64,000 nucleotides of DNA, taken from NCBI GenBank assembly GCA_964188305.1, contig OZ076893.1; one strand, 5' to 3'. This document shows positions 1 to 12,858 of this stretch, one piece after another. Each line of letters opens with the position of its first letter. The first letter of the stretch is position 1. The notes under the pieces are model-generated. The model did no database searches. It saw only the letters and a program-made list of their open reading frames with translations, and had not been told where the DNA came from. This DNA is from Podarcis bocagei. Lineage: Eukaryota. Position numbers and translations under genes: made by a program.

Positions 1-1364
1 AACAAAAAGTTTCATGAAACTTTTCATTAAATAAAACTTCATGAACAATTGTCTGCAAAACTGTTTTAAATTTCAAAGCTTACACTGAATCAAACCAGCA
101 GGTGTCTATTAATACATTTAAACACCTATTCATTTTTCAATATAACCTAATTTTGGATACAGACACAGGAAACCTGTCCAGTGGATACCACAAAGATCAT
201 GGAAGTTATTCCTTACCATAAGGGAGCTTGATTTTATCGGGATTCTAGAACAGCTGAACACCAAAAATTGCATATGAACTTAGCTCATACCTTCAGAGAA
301 GATTCTTATACTTACTGCAATTCTCAAAGCTGTTTTGGTTTTTCCTATGTATTTATTTCAGTATGCAGGCTCAATAGAACTGTTGGGAAATGTACTTCAA
401 AGTGAAGGCTACACCTTTACCTGCCTCTCACTTGACATCAGTTATGTGTGGGGCTGGGCCAGTGGGCATAATTTGGAAGCAGTCCCCTGCTGGGCCTAAT
501 TAGACCCACAGGGTAGAGGTTTGTCACCCTTTGGTGTAGGGTATCATGTCAAGCCTTTGGAACAAAATTAGCTGTAGTCCACTCTAGCAAGTTAAACACT
601 GAAAAATATGAGTGCAATTATTCCCTTATAAGGCAAGAAACACCATCTTTTTAAATGCTAGTTAAACTTGTTTCCTAATTAATTTCAGCCTCATTCCTGA
701 ACACTGACACTGGTCATAAATCTTCTAAAACACACTGATTTTTTTTAAAAAAACCAACAACCTGTTTTTAAGCATATATATACAAACAGAACGCTTTTAA
801 AAGTACAAAAATAACAATTTGCAAGTTACTATGCTCTTCACAATTCTTAGATATCTTACACATGCAAGATAGTATAGCATAATTTAGAGCATTCATGATC
901 AGGACATGTGACTTCTTCCTGAATGAATGGTATGTATTCAAATTAAAAGTAATGCCCAATACTGCAGTATTTGACAGTGTTAGCATGTGTACATACAGAT
1001 ACAACAGTTTTCGTATCAACTGATTTTTTAAAAATTCTCTACATTACAATGCACTAAAACCTACAATAGCTATATTAAATCTGCTTGTACAAAGAAATTC
1101 CATGATGTACAAAGTAAAAGCAGGGAACATTGATGGCCATGCAAAAACCTAAGAATTGCATTAAATCCAATTTTTAAAAGTTAAAGTAATTTCCATTAAC
1201 ACTCAGAACATTAAGCCAGTAGAATCATCCCTGACTAAATACTATGTTATGCCCACCCAAAAGGGCGAAACAAAACAAAAATTTAAAAAAATGTTTTGCT
1301 GGTGTTTGTAAAATATTTAAATCCACGGGAACAAGTCTGCAGCATTCGTTTTCTTCCCATTAGA
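1..1364 (-). other. DEK: DEK 3'UTR (end not defined; may run past the window edge)
   Basis: AT-rich, repeat-free sequence after the stop codon; AATAAA on minus at 352-357; Pumilio-type TGTATATA at 777-784. Confidence 0.65.
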
Positions 1365-1376
1365 TCATGAAATGAG
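1365..1376 (-). CDS. DEK: DEK last coding exon (LIS-stop)
   Basis: Pyrimidine tract and tttag|CTC ATT TCA TGA; completes the known TVKELIS C-terminus. Confidence 0.92.
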   Translation of the reverse strand, partial: LIS

Positions 1377-4300
1377 CTAAAAAGAGAAGAGTTTGTGTAC
1401 TTTTAATCTTTAACCTACTTTGTAAATCCCACTTCCCACAAACACATTGCTAAGGCTGCCATTTTAACAGCTTGCTTGGAAGGAAGTTCCAGGGGAATTG
1501 ATGGGACTTACTTCCAAGTAAATATGGCTAAGGATGAACTACAGGCCTTTAAGGGTACACTGTGAAACGTTAGATAAGGGGGACTATCTTAAAGTTACTT
1601 TAAATTTACGGAGTTGAAACTAAGCATAATAAATGAGTAAAATTTGGGTGGAATTTCAGGAACTGAGATCTTCCTAGGTACCCAACATTTCCAAATTTAA
1701 AGAGCAGCTTTTAATATTTGGATCATCACATGATATTTCATGGATCAAGTATTTACCTCTTTCACAGTCTTTTTGATGAAGACTTTTCTGTCAGACAAGT
1801 CATAACTGGGATAGCTTTCATACACCTGTAACAACCAATTTAACACAAAGGTAAGTCAAATAGTACATTCCGAACATTCTCCCAATGACCAAGGGTCAAA
1901 CTGGTTGTACCACAAACAGTATCTCATTAGTTTTTTAAATACATTGAGAGCAGGCATGAAAGGTATGAATCTGGATTGGGACTGCTGTATTTGGGGAGGC
2001 TGCTTTTTAAAGACTCATTAAAATTGTTCCCTCCCCCAGTTTGCACCACAGAAGTCAAATATTCAAAGCATAGTTAACCATATCCTTTGTATGTCATGTC
2101 TGACTCCACTCCACTTTTCCAACATAACATAGACTTATATACTGTACTTACTTGCAAATATTTCTATTCTCTAACCTGACTCTCACCATGCATGTAGAAG
2201 TGTCTAATACACCTTTTGCAATTTAAATGTGAGTACCAGAATGGAGAGATTGCTTGTTTATTAAATTGAAGCATCTCCCTTACCTTTGATATTGCAAGGG
2301 AGGTATAAAAGGTAGATATAATATCCAAATAGACGTTTTTGTGTCAAAATTAGGACTGAGAAGACCCAGAGTCAGTTCTCTGGTCCATCTTGAAGAACCC
2401 TTAGATCACTCACAGTTTTTCAGTCTAACCTTCAGAGTTTTTTTGCAAGGACAGACTAGGGACTGTTTATTGCCCTGCCCTGAGCCTCCTTGGAGGCAAA
2501 GCAGGATCTGGAGAAAATAGGGGGTGACATGCGACCTATGCCAGTTATCTTTCAGGGGTTAACCTAAATATATTTTACTATGTTTAGTATAATTATACCA
2601 TACTGTGATAATGGGATTATGACTGCCCCCAAGGAAAATAGACAGCATAAACTGAGTTCACTTGTCTTTTCCTGCACCAACAAGAAGCATAAGAATTTAT
2701 GAAATGTGCATGCATTTTTACATTTGACTCTAAAGGTTTCTAACTGCAAACCAGTGATTGGGGGGGGGGGGTAGACAACTCTTCACCGCTTCATCTTTCT
2801 TCAGATAATTAACAATGTGAAAGTAGCAAATAATGGATACTAACTGCAAATCAACGTTAGGCAAGGTTGGCAGTTTCGTGTCTATATAAAATGCAGTACA
2901 GTGGTATCTCGGGTTAAGAACTTAATTCATTCTGGAGGTCCGTTTTTAACTTGAAACTGTTCTTAACCCAAGGTACCACTTTAGCTAATGGGGCCTCCTG
3001 CTGCCGCTGTGCCACTGCCACACGATTTCTGTTCTCATCCTGAAGCAAAGTTCTTAACCCGAGGTGCTATTTCTGGGTTAGCGGAGTCTGTAACCCGAGG
3101 TACCACTGTACAAGGAAAACTAACATGGCAAATGAGATCACTCCCCAGGTATCTCCAATTTACTCTCCCCAGACCACATCTTCCTCTAGCTCTTTTGAAT
3201 GGGTCCTTGAAATGTTATAATGTCCCTTGCTTGCCTGGATCAAGATATATGAGCAGAAACCTTTGAATTTTGTTTGGACAGACTGTACCCTATGCTTCTG
3301 TACAAATATAAAATTACATCTATTGCACCATCCACCACTGGCAAGTGGCCCCCAGAAGGTTCCCCACTCGGAATATGGCCCTTTGCTGAAAAAGGTTCCT
3401 CATTCCTGCTTTTAGGGCCACAGGGAGTTTTCCAAATTTCCCTAATTTGCAAAGGAAAACTTTCCAGAAAAACCCACATTACTGCTGTAAACTGCAAGCA
3501 AAACAACGAAAGTGGAAAACTAATGTCATAAATCTGTACCTCTTTACAAATTTGTTTCATTGTAACTTCCTCTAGGTTTGCATTGGCCAGAAGCTTCTTC
3601 ACTGTTTCTTTCAGCTCTTCATCTGTAGGTGGCTTTTTCAACTTTTTAATTAAAGGCTCATCATCCGAACTATCCTCTGACTCACTTTCTAAATGTAAAG
3701 ATATTTTCCAATTAAAATGTGGATAATGATTTCTTTCCAATTAAACATTTTCACCTGGACCAAAAAACTGAATGACTTAGTTGTGTTCAAGCACTTTTGA
3801 ACTTGGGCTTTTCAAATGGCAGCTGCCAAGACCAGCTAGCAAGCTTCTTTGGAAATGGAGAGAAGTTTCAAAAACTATTTATGGGGTTGTGGTTTCCCCT
3901 CTCTGCTCACATATCCCAGCATATCCCCTATTTGTTACCTTTGATCTCCCAACTCTACCTACCACTAAAGGTCTCCTGCTCCCTTAAAACCATTGGCCAT
4001 TTCCCTGTTGTTGTTGTTGCTGCCACCTACCTCCTCCCTGGGGTCCCTACAAAGCCATGTCCCAGGGAGGTCACTAGATCAGTCACTCAGCTACTCTACT
4101 GAGTCCAGGCTTTCTATGACTAAGTGCATGCACACAAGGTATGTAGGGTGATGTGTATTAACCTTAAAATCCAACCAGGCCAGAACAGGCAGTTAAAACA
4201 CACATATATTATGGAACATAATAACTAGAAAAAGCAGCCACTTGATATAGAACGCTCAGTTCTAATGCCCTATCTTAAGAAAACTCTCTTCTCCTTAAAA

Positions 4301-7300
4301 GTCATGCTAACTCTAACCATTTCTTTCCTCTCATTTCCTCCTTGTCTCTTCAGCCACTCTTTTTAAACTGTTGTTCTCAACCGACGCTCTTCACCTGCCG
4401 CTTGCTCTCACTCCTCCCAACATTCTACCACAATGCCCTGCTGTCAAACAGGCTTCCATTCACCTTTCTGTCTTTGTTACAAAGCATCCATCTTTATGGC
4501 CCCCCACACTTTATGTAAGTATGTATAATTGTATTTGCATATACTCTTCTGTTCTTGTCCCTGTCTGCTCGCAGGACCCCAGAAAGATAGGTTCACCTTT
4601 TTTGGAATTGTTCTGATTCTTCTTGGTTGTGCTGCTATCTGCTTTCTTGACGTAAGCATTCTTTGTGCCCTTTTTGCTTTTCACAGCTGACTTTTGCTTG
4701 GGTTTTTCTTTTTTGGATGACTTTTTAGGTGGCTGTGGTGTGATAAAGAGAGCATCAAAGTCTATTACAATATAAAACACTCCTAACACTATGAAGCTTC
4801 TTGCTAAAGCATAGTTTATTGCTAGAAAGCACTATTTGCAGCAAAGCCAAAATACACATGCAAGCTATTTGTAACTGCATTATTTGTATCTAGTTCTAAT
4901 AATGCCCCTGCATTATAAGAGAACATGCCTTTCTGCTTTTGCAGGGATACAAAAAGTTACCTTGTACCTTGTGAAGGTAGTGAACTGGCTATGTTTGGCC
5001 TGCTAACCATTTTTTTGTCAATCCCCCCCCCCAAAAAAGCCATCAGCAGATAGTGACAGTGTCCCATTGCTAGTATGCTGTCACTGTAAGGTTGCAATGG
5101 GTGATGAAGGTGTGAGGCTGAAAGGCGTTAGCTAGTTCTGTTGAGAACTGTACCTTTGTTTGAGGCGAGCACCAAGCATTTTTGTCCCTAAAATAACAAG
5201 TAATTATGCGAAGAACAATGAATCTATGGTACATTCCTATCCACACTTCTAGCAAACAGGTCTTTGTACTTTATCAGCATCTAGTCACTACTTTCAAGTT
5301 TAAGTCTGTTGATCACTAAGCAAATATCTTAAAAGTCAATAGGTCTATGGAATGAAAATATTTTTCTCTATAACCCTATCATCTTCAGCTCAATGCCCTT
5401 TAAGCAAATCAGAGAGCCTACTGTAGCTGGCCTTCAACATGGATAGTTTGCAAATAGATCCTACCTCCTCTTCACTTTCTTTATCTTCTTCAGATGATTC
5501 TTCTTTCTCTTTCTTTTCATCTTCCTCACTACTGGATTCATCTGACAGGATCTCAGGACATTTAGTGCGCTTGCCTTTCCGTGCTGTTCCAGAGCTACTG
5601 CGTTCCTTTTTCCCACTTTTGTTAGGTGTTCTCTTGGATTTTGGCAATGGCTATTAAATATTAAAAATTGAGGCAAACAAAATAGTTTTAAAACTCTCTA
5701 TTTATTTATAAGACTCTATAGGGGATAAGTAATTGCTTAGAGCTTAACCACCTTCAAAGTGTTATCCTTTACTATGGTCATTTTGAAAAGGTACCATGAG
5801 ATTACAGGTTTCTTTTAGAATGAAGTTATAGACATTACATACATGTATTATTTGAGGGTAATTATTCAATTGAAGGTATTTCTTCTATTTAAGATGGTCA
5901 TACTGTGAGTTCTATTTCTTACGTAGCCAAAACAGTATCATATCTGTAGAAGATGAGGAACTAGCAGATCTGGAGGGACTCCAAAGTTTGCATAAGTTAA
6001 AGTTGCCACAAAAGTTGTTGAGTTTTTTATGGGGGGGGGTTAAAATTGTTTATTTATATACCATCCTTCATTTGAAGATCTTTAGTAGGGGAACATCCTC
6101 CCAAAATAGCCCAATGAGGGGGAATGGAATTGCACAACAGCACTTGCAATGTTTTCTTGCAGATTCCACTTTTTATTTTAGCTATCAATCAGCAGCTTGA
6201 ATATGGAAGACTGGCAAGTGCAATGCTGCCATTGAGTTTTTGTTTCCCATGACAGGAGCCATGTTTGATGCCAAATATATGGGTAATACCTTCCACAAAT
6301 GTGGTTCCAGAGGAAAATTCTGGAAAGCAGTGACAAGCTCAGGAAGGATTTCACTCCCCACTTGAAGAGTCTTATTGCAGTATTCCTGGCAGTGCTATAA
6401 ATAAAGACATCTTTTTCTCTGTTTGTTTTCAGATGCCAGCCTCGCTGACTGTTGGTGTCTGTCTTTTCCAGAGAAGCAGAAACACAAAATTCAGAGACAT
6501 TGCTTTTCCATTTTTAATAATTTGTTAGGTAATATTGCCTAATACTGTAAGGCAATGAGAACATAATTTGTTATTGAGCTTTTTACTCCAGGTTGAATGC
6601 CTCAGTCTCAAAACTCGTGGAAGAAAACTTGTGTTTTCATATACAGTTCAATAGAAATGGCATATTTGTTTTTAAAAGGGCCTCCGCTGTAACAAATGTT
6701 TAATAGCTGCTAGGCATGGTCTCTGTATAAAGAACCTCAGAAGAGATACTAACGTGCAATCAAACCCTAGTGCTCTTGTAGTACTCCTTGTAAGGAGAAT
6801 GCTACGGTTCATTTTCCCCTTGAGCTCTGCCTTTGTTCTGTTTGACTGTCTTCTTCCATCTCTCTTATTTTCCACAAGAACAACATATAATATATAATAA
6901 AGAAGCTAATAAGATGTTCACTAGTGGCTTAATAGAATTGTGGTCATATTACTTACATCTTCAAGAGCATATATGAATCAAGCAAAGCATATGTGTGATT
7001 TTGTGGTGGCGCAAGCCACACAAAACTCAACAACTGTTTGTCGTGGGACAGCAATAGCAACTCTACATAAAAAGCAGGATCACCACAAAGATGATAAATG
7101 TAATCTAAATATAGCTTCATTATTATGTCGTCTTACCTTGCCTGAAGGTTTTGGATGCATTAAGAAGTTTAGGATTCTGGCTACCAATTCACTATTAACT
7201 CCTGATCTTTCCAAATCAAGAACTTCACATATACTTTTCAGCATTGCATTTCTGTACCTAGAGAGAAATACCCTTTATTAAACATAGCTGATAAAAGTTG

Positions 7301-10300
7301 ATCTTAATACACAGGAGCAAAGAGATAGTTTAGTTGACTACCTGAGCTTTCAACTATATCTTACAAGCATACAATTGATGAATTTATTATTTATACTCCA
7401 CTTTTTGATTTTTCAAAACTCAAGGCAACTCACAAAAATTAAACAAACCACAGAAATGCAATCAACATTTTGACAATATTTCTTCAATGATTGCATGTCC
7501 CATCTTATTAAAACAGTACTTATAATAAAACTAGAAATACCAAGCAGGCAGGTAGGAAATATTTTACAGCTAAGGACAGAATTCAAAGACAGAGTTCAAA
7601 GGGTATTGGGATTCATTTATTTAAACACCTTCTCAAATTTTTGTCAGTAGAAAGAAGCCACAGTATAGCTTTTATAGTTTACGCAAAGATCAATGGTGCA
7701 ACAACTGAGAAACCTGTGCAGGCCCTCAGGAATAAAATTCACCCTTCAGAAGTTACAGCCAACCCCTATTTACCAACATGATTATACCACCACTGTCTAG
7801 AAGAGTCTGCGTGATAATGGAAGGAAGGGCAGCTTTTATGGGTTGCCATCTTTACCATAAGTCAGCCTAAGTACACTGGTAGCAGCTTATGCCCTCTCCA
7901 TAGAGGGAAGTGCTGGAAATTGCACTACACTGGAAATTGGAAATACCAACTGCCAGGAGGAAAAAGACATTGCTAAATGTGCAACCACAGATTCTGAATA
8001 TCGTAAAACACATCACAAAATACAGTATTCCTTGTATACTTTTTATAACTGCAAAAGTTCTGCACAAATATTAAGGTGGCAGAGAATTTTAAGTTTGAAT
8101 TAAATGTTGGGGGCACAATTTAGCCAAAGGTATGCAAGTTTAAGTGCTTTTCATTTCAAGGGGGAAAATTAAGTATGTGTAACTCAACTATTAGAAAAAT
8201 CACCAATATTTATGTGCTTAACTTTCACAAGACCATACCTCAAGTTTGTGCATGAAAATAGCAATATTTTATTGAACAAGATACTCACTTGTATCTTCAA
8301 CTAAGTAGTTAATTAGAAAAAATTCAGCACCAGTAAACCCATTCATTTTAGACATAAAATGTTAACATGTGTAATATAGAACTATCCTTCAGTAATGTTT
8401 ATGGATATGGTTTGAAATACACTGAAGTTACTAACTGAAATGTGCAGGGATAGCAAACAGGGCTTAAAGCAGTTGCTCTGCTCAAGATTTAAAATGCATG
8501 TATTAACATTAATAATGAAACTTGATCATACTAAAAAGTTTTAAAATGTTACTTTTTCAACATCTCTTCCTTTTTCTTATATTGGTCACTTCCTTTTTCA
8601 AATGGAAAGCCACTGAACTGGCCCACATTCTTCTTTAATGAAGCAACCTAAAACAGAACACAATAACATGCATTTTAGAGTGGTATTTGCATTATACCAG
8701 GCAGGTCTTGATCCAAAGCAGTTCAACTAGGGCTTAGAACAAGTTTTCGTCAACAGAAAATTCAAGAGAAACAGGATGCAACATTTCCCAAAAACAAACT
8801 GAGTTTACCGTCAAAGGTGTTGCTTCTCTGACTATTTGCAGCTGCAATGATCACCATTTTTCAGAAGAGTCTTCCAGTTACCTAGGCAACACTTTCCTAT
8901 CTTTGAAGACCACAGTGCAGTACAGTAAGGAAAGAGAGGAAAGTGCCCCTGCATTGTTGAGGCAGTTGTGCTGATCTTCTGACACATGATAATTATGGAA
9001 TCAATTCAAAGGTAAAGCTGGGAAGGGTGCTCAGCCAGATAGCACAGTGAACATCAAGTTGCCGCTGAAGGAGCACTGCAAATTTGTAGCCTATAAACAA
9101 GGCTACAAGATTAGCACATAAATTTTTGCTCACCTTTGAATATAACTACCTAATTATGTATGAAATAAATAAGAGCAAATGTTAAAACAGCTCATATACC
9201 CTTATTTGATAAGGAATTTTTCAGGAAGAACCTCCCTCAGTTTCTGTAAGACAGCAAGCTGCTACATACTGCAAATAATCACATTCATGAGAAACAAAGG
9301 GTACACTATTTTTAAAAAAACCAAAACACAAGTAAAAATATGTACTGAAATATTGGTAAGTTTGTATGGAATATGTTGTATAGAAGCTGTTTTCTATATA
9401 GACAGATTTGGATTCAATTGACAAATTATACAGGTAGTTAAAGTATCTAAAAAGTAATTCATAAAGCAATTTTGCTCTTCATAACCAAGATAAGCTTAAG
9501 CATTTTACAAATAAAAATGTTAGAATAGTAATAGACAAAGTATATTAGAAGGCCTGTTATATCCTATGTATATAAGCCTTTCTATGCATGAGCAAAACAA
9601 ACTTGCTTTCAACAAGTTCAACTTCTTCTCTCCCCCTGCATGACCTCAAAATCTGCTCCAGAGGCTTGGAGGACAACCCAGAGCAGATTTTAGGGGGGGT
9701 GCAGGAGAGAAGGAAGCTCAAGTGTCCTTGAGGAAGCAGAAGTCCACATGTGCAGTGCTGGATAAAGATAAAATTCTTCTTGTAGATTTTAATGTAGTCA
9801 AAATGGTATTATTAATGCCCAAGAGGGAGGTATCAGCGGGCTTGGGAAAACCAAGGTCTACATGCAAACGTGTGTGTGCAAAAGCAAGACTCCAAAACAA
9901 CCCAGTAACCATAGAATGCTGACCACTGGGAGGTGGTGGTGGTGGAAGAATGCAAATCTGAGGGAGGGAGAATAGAATGGAGTTTCCTGGAAAGTGATGT
10001 GGCTGCAACCCTGAACAGGAGCACTACACAATGCAATATTTTGTTACAGGGCCACTTGTTTTAGCAGCAATTTCAAACAAACCAAGGATGGAATGTGAGA
10101 ATCAAAAACAGGCTTAAGGCCCCAAGCAAAGACAGGATTGTGCCAGTAACTTCTAGCACCAGCAGACTCTACATTTATCAATCTCAGGATTATTGAGAAA
10201 AAAATGAATATTCAAAGGGGGGGATGGACAAATTAAAGTATAAAGACTTCATTCCAAAATCCACTGGATAGGATCCAAATGACTACATCCAGCTTTGTAA

Positions 10301-12858
10301 GGCAAAGAGCTATTTAGATTCACTTTATTTCCACTGTAACCACCACATGGCAGATTGTTTTTGAACAGATGGGAGTTTCAAGTACCCTTTGTATAGGGTC
10401 AAAAGCTCAAAGACAAAAGATAATGTAATTAATAATTCCAGGAAGCACAAGTAAGGCCTGGAAATGTAGTTTTCAAATACAAACCAGCTATTGGAAAGCC
10501 CACTCCACAGATTTAAATGGAATTTATTTTCATCTTAGGACTTTAAAGAGTCTCAGCCTTCAGAAACAAGGCCATTCTGTATTTCATGACATTTTCCAAA
10601 ACAAATTTGATAGTTTTCTAAGCTTACTGTGCCTGGTCTGTTGTATAGAAGTTTGTGCAGATTTCGAAGTTCATCTGTTTTCTTCTTGCTTAAAAAGTAC
10701 TGTATTCTTTCAATTTCACAAAGTTTTTGTCCCTTTCCTGAAAGGGAAAATGTATTACATTAGTCTATTTAGCAACATTAATACTTACTAATAGTTACTA
10801 GATTACACTTATGAGGTGGTTATAGTTATCAGTCAGATATATTTAAATGATTGTTGTATAATTTTTTGACAGGGGCTGTGGATATGTTTTTGGTTTTTGT
10901 TTTAAATTGTATGGGTCCTCCTTAAGATTACCTAACATGTTTCTGCTTGAAAGGCCGTCAAGTGTTGAATTAAATTTAGACAATAATTTCAACATTTTGA
11001 AATAATGGTTCCAATGCAACCCAATCAGATGGGTGGTATATAAATAATAAAATTGGTATTATTTGTATTTGGAATTATTTGGAACAAGATGAGTTATAAG
11101 TACTTGCTACTTAAAAACATGTAAAGATAACTCATGCTCAATATACAGTATGCAAAAAATAACTTGCCTGGTGTAATTGTAAAAGGTTCTTTCTGTAATG
11201 AAGAAACTTGCATGGTCAATCTTTCTACTTTTTTCTTCTCTCTTTTTCCTTCAACAATGAGACTCTTTTCTGAAATAGACAATTATATATAAAATTTTGA
11301 AACACAGTTAGTTGCCATATAGAAAAAACAGACCTATAGATCAAAAGTACATATTTAATATTCTAAGAAACATTCTGGGAACACCCAAAACTGTAGCAAA
11401 TTAAGCTTGGACTACAGATTTGCCACCACACCTGTGGCAATTTACACTCTGAAACAGGGAATTCCAGGCTGGAATATTTCTGAAGGTTCGCTAAATGTTG
11501 TACTTATTTTACTTGTTAAAATAAATCTACAACAGCCCTTCTCTAGTCACGTAAGAAAACACAAACTCCTCCAAGCACTGTGAAGTATTGTAACTGAGAA
11601 GAGTTGTAATGGCAACTTATGAACAAGTGTTCAAGTTTGGCTCTGGAAAGGAGACTTTACATACATACCCGACTGACTCAACTTGATTCCTCATTCTCCA
11701 ACTAACAAGAAATATTTGCTAGTTCCCACAGAAAGTATATGTTAATAAAATATATATTGACCTCAAAAAACTAGTCCCTCTATGAACAAACATGTCTACA
11801 CAGATTCTAATTAAAATTGAGAAACTAGATAGGAATAGTATCAGCAAGCCACTCATCATACTTTTCAATATCTGAACCCTGAAACAAAGGAAGTAACCAT
11901 CAGAACTGGAATAATGCAAAACACAATGAGGAAGAGAAACAGCCCAGGTCACCTTTATTTATGCACAGAACTATTTAAACTCTAATTATCTAAAGCTTAC
12001 AATCCAGTAATATATATGTATAAAGACTGTAAAATGACTATCAAACCAGATTATTGATTTCCAAATACTAAACTCACCATTTTGCCTAATATACAAGTAA
12101 ATAAACAAATCATGTAACCTAGGTGCGTTTAAAACCCTACTCACATGCAACATAAAGTTCATACGAACAGATCACTGTTCCTATATAAAAATAAGAGGAA
12201 GGTGAAGAAGTGCTCATTCTCCATCACCTATACAAAACTGTCCACTTTATCCTACTTGTACTTCTTGGCTCTCCTACCTTTTTCTGAGCCCCAAGCACAT
12301 CTGTACTCTCTGCAGAGCTGCCCATAACTTATTAATGCTCTAAATTACTAGAGAAAAAGCAACCCAAACATCTTCTCAGAAGGTTACAGTTTGATCTCAG
12401 TTAGAAGAGCTATTATTTTTTATTATCATTATTAAAAAGAGTGTGCATATAATTTTACAAAGATTGTTTTTAACTAATTTTCCATAAATGCATCCGTAAA
12501 AATGTTTCATCTCCAGTGTCATCTAATACTGGACATTGAGGGGAAAGTGCTTTTTCTTTCCAGCTGCAGCTTTTCACATTATGTTGGACTCCATTCTAGA
12601 GTGTTTTTGCTTGGATGGGGGCAAGGGACTACATCTGGAGAGCTTTCTAAAATGTCCTGCTGCACATACACCTTGACCTAAATATTTAGCTTAGTGCAAA
12701 GTTCTAGTGTTGCTTCACATTAGCGTTTTTCTACCTTTTTCCTCCTCCTCGTCCTCCTCCTCTTCTTCACTATCTTCAACTTTGTCCTCAGTTTCCGGTT
12801 CTCTTTCTTCTGTTTGTTCAGCAGACAGTGAACCATCTTTTTCAGTTACAGATGACAT
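1365..12858 (-). CDS. DEK: DEK proto-oncogene chromatin protein, spliced CDS: join(12858-12735, 11269-11168, 10737-10628, 8647-8553, 7257-7137, 5650-5465, 4732-4597, 3688-3540, 1825-1757, 1376-1365), 367 aa
   Basis: Exon lengths 124+102+110+95+121+186+136+149+69+12 = 1104 nt with all phases compatible. Translation has DEK hallmarks: acidic N-terminus, EKSLIVEGKREKKKVERL, SAP-box region, KCPEILSDESSS, and the DEK-C domain KKPPTDEELKETVKKLLANANLEEVTMKQICK...TVKELIS*. Confidence 0.97.
1757..1825 (-). CDS. DEK: DEK coding exon 9 (VYESYPSYDLSDRKVFIKKTVKE)
   Basis: 69 nt, tacag acceptor, GAG|GTAAAT donor. Confidence 0.94.
2899..3108. mobile_element. Tc1/mariner (pogo/Tigger-like) MITE, family A, 210 bp, in a DEK intron
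   Basis: Terminal inverted repeats (TIRs) CAGTGGTA(C/T)CTCGGGTTA...TAACCCGAGGTACCACTG, TA on both sides. Confidence 0.9.
3540..3688 (-). CDS. DEK: DEK coding exon 8, DEK-C domain (ESESEDSSDDEPLIKKLKKPPTDEELKETVKKLL...CKE)
   Basis: 149 nt, AG/GT flanks; within ORF 3240..3740. Confidence 0.97.
4597..4732 (-). CDS. DEK: DEK coding exon 7 (PPKKSSKKEKPKQK...KKADSSTTKKNQNNSKK)
   Basis: 136 nt, AG/GT flanks; within ORF 4511..4789. Confidence 0.95.
5465..5650 (-). CDS. DEK: DEK coding exon 6 (PLPKSKRT...KCPEILSDESSSEEDE...ESEEE)
   Basis: 186 nt, AG/GT flanks; matches ORF 5390..5647. Confidence 0.95.
7137..7257 (-). CDS. DEK: DEK coding exon 5, SAP domain (YRNAMLKSICEVLDLERSGVNSELVARILNFLMHPKPSGK)
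   Basis: 121 nt, AG/GT flanks, SAP-box motif. Confidence 0.96.
8553..8647 (-). CDS. DEK: DEK coding exon 4 (VASLKKNVGQFSGFPFEKGSDQYKKKEEMLK)
   Basis: 95 nt, AG/GT flanks, conserved GQFSGFPFEKGS motif. Confidence 0.95.
10628..10737 (-). CDS. DEK: DEK coding exon 3 (GKGQKLCEIERIQYFLSKKKTDELRNLHKLLYNRPGT)
   Basis: 110 nt, AG/GT flanks; not on the ORF track, translated by hand. Confidence 0.95.
11168..11269 (-). CDS. DEK: DEK coding exon 2 (EKSLIVEGKREKKKVERLTMQVSSLQKEPFTITP), ends at a GC donor
   Basis: 102 nt; tttcag acceptor; donor CAG|GCAAGT. Confidence 0.93.
12735..12858 (-). CDS. DEK: DEK coding exon 1 (ATG at 12858; MSSVTEKDG...EEEEK)
   Basis: Start context accATGT, acidic tract, AG acceptor at 12870-12871, donor G|GTAGA. 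Confidence 0.93.
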
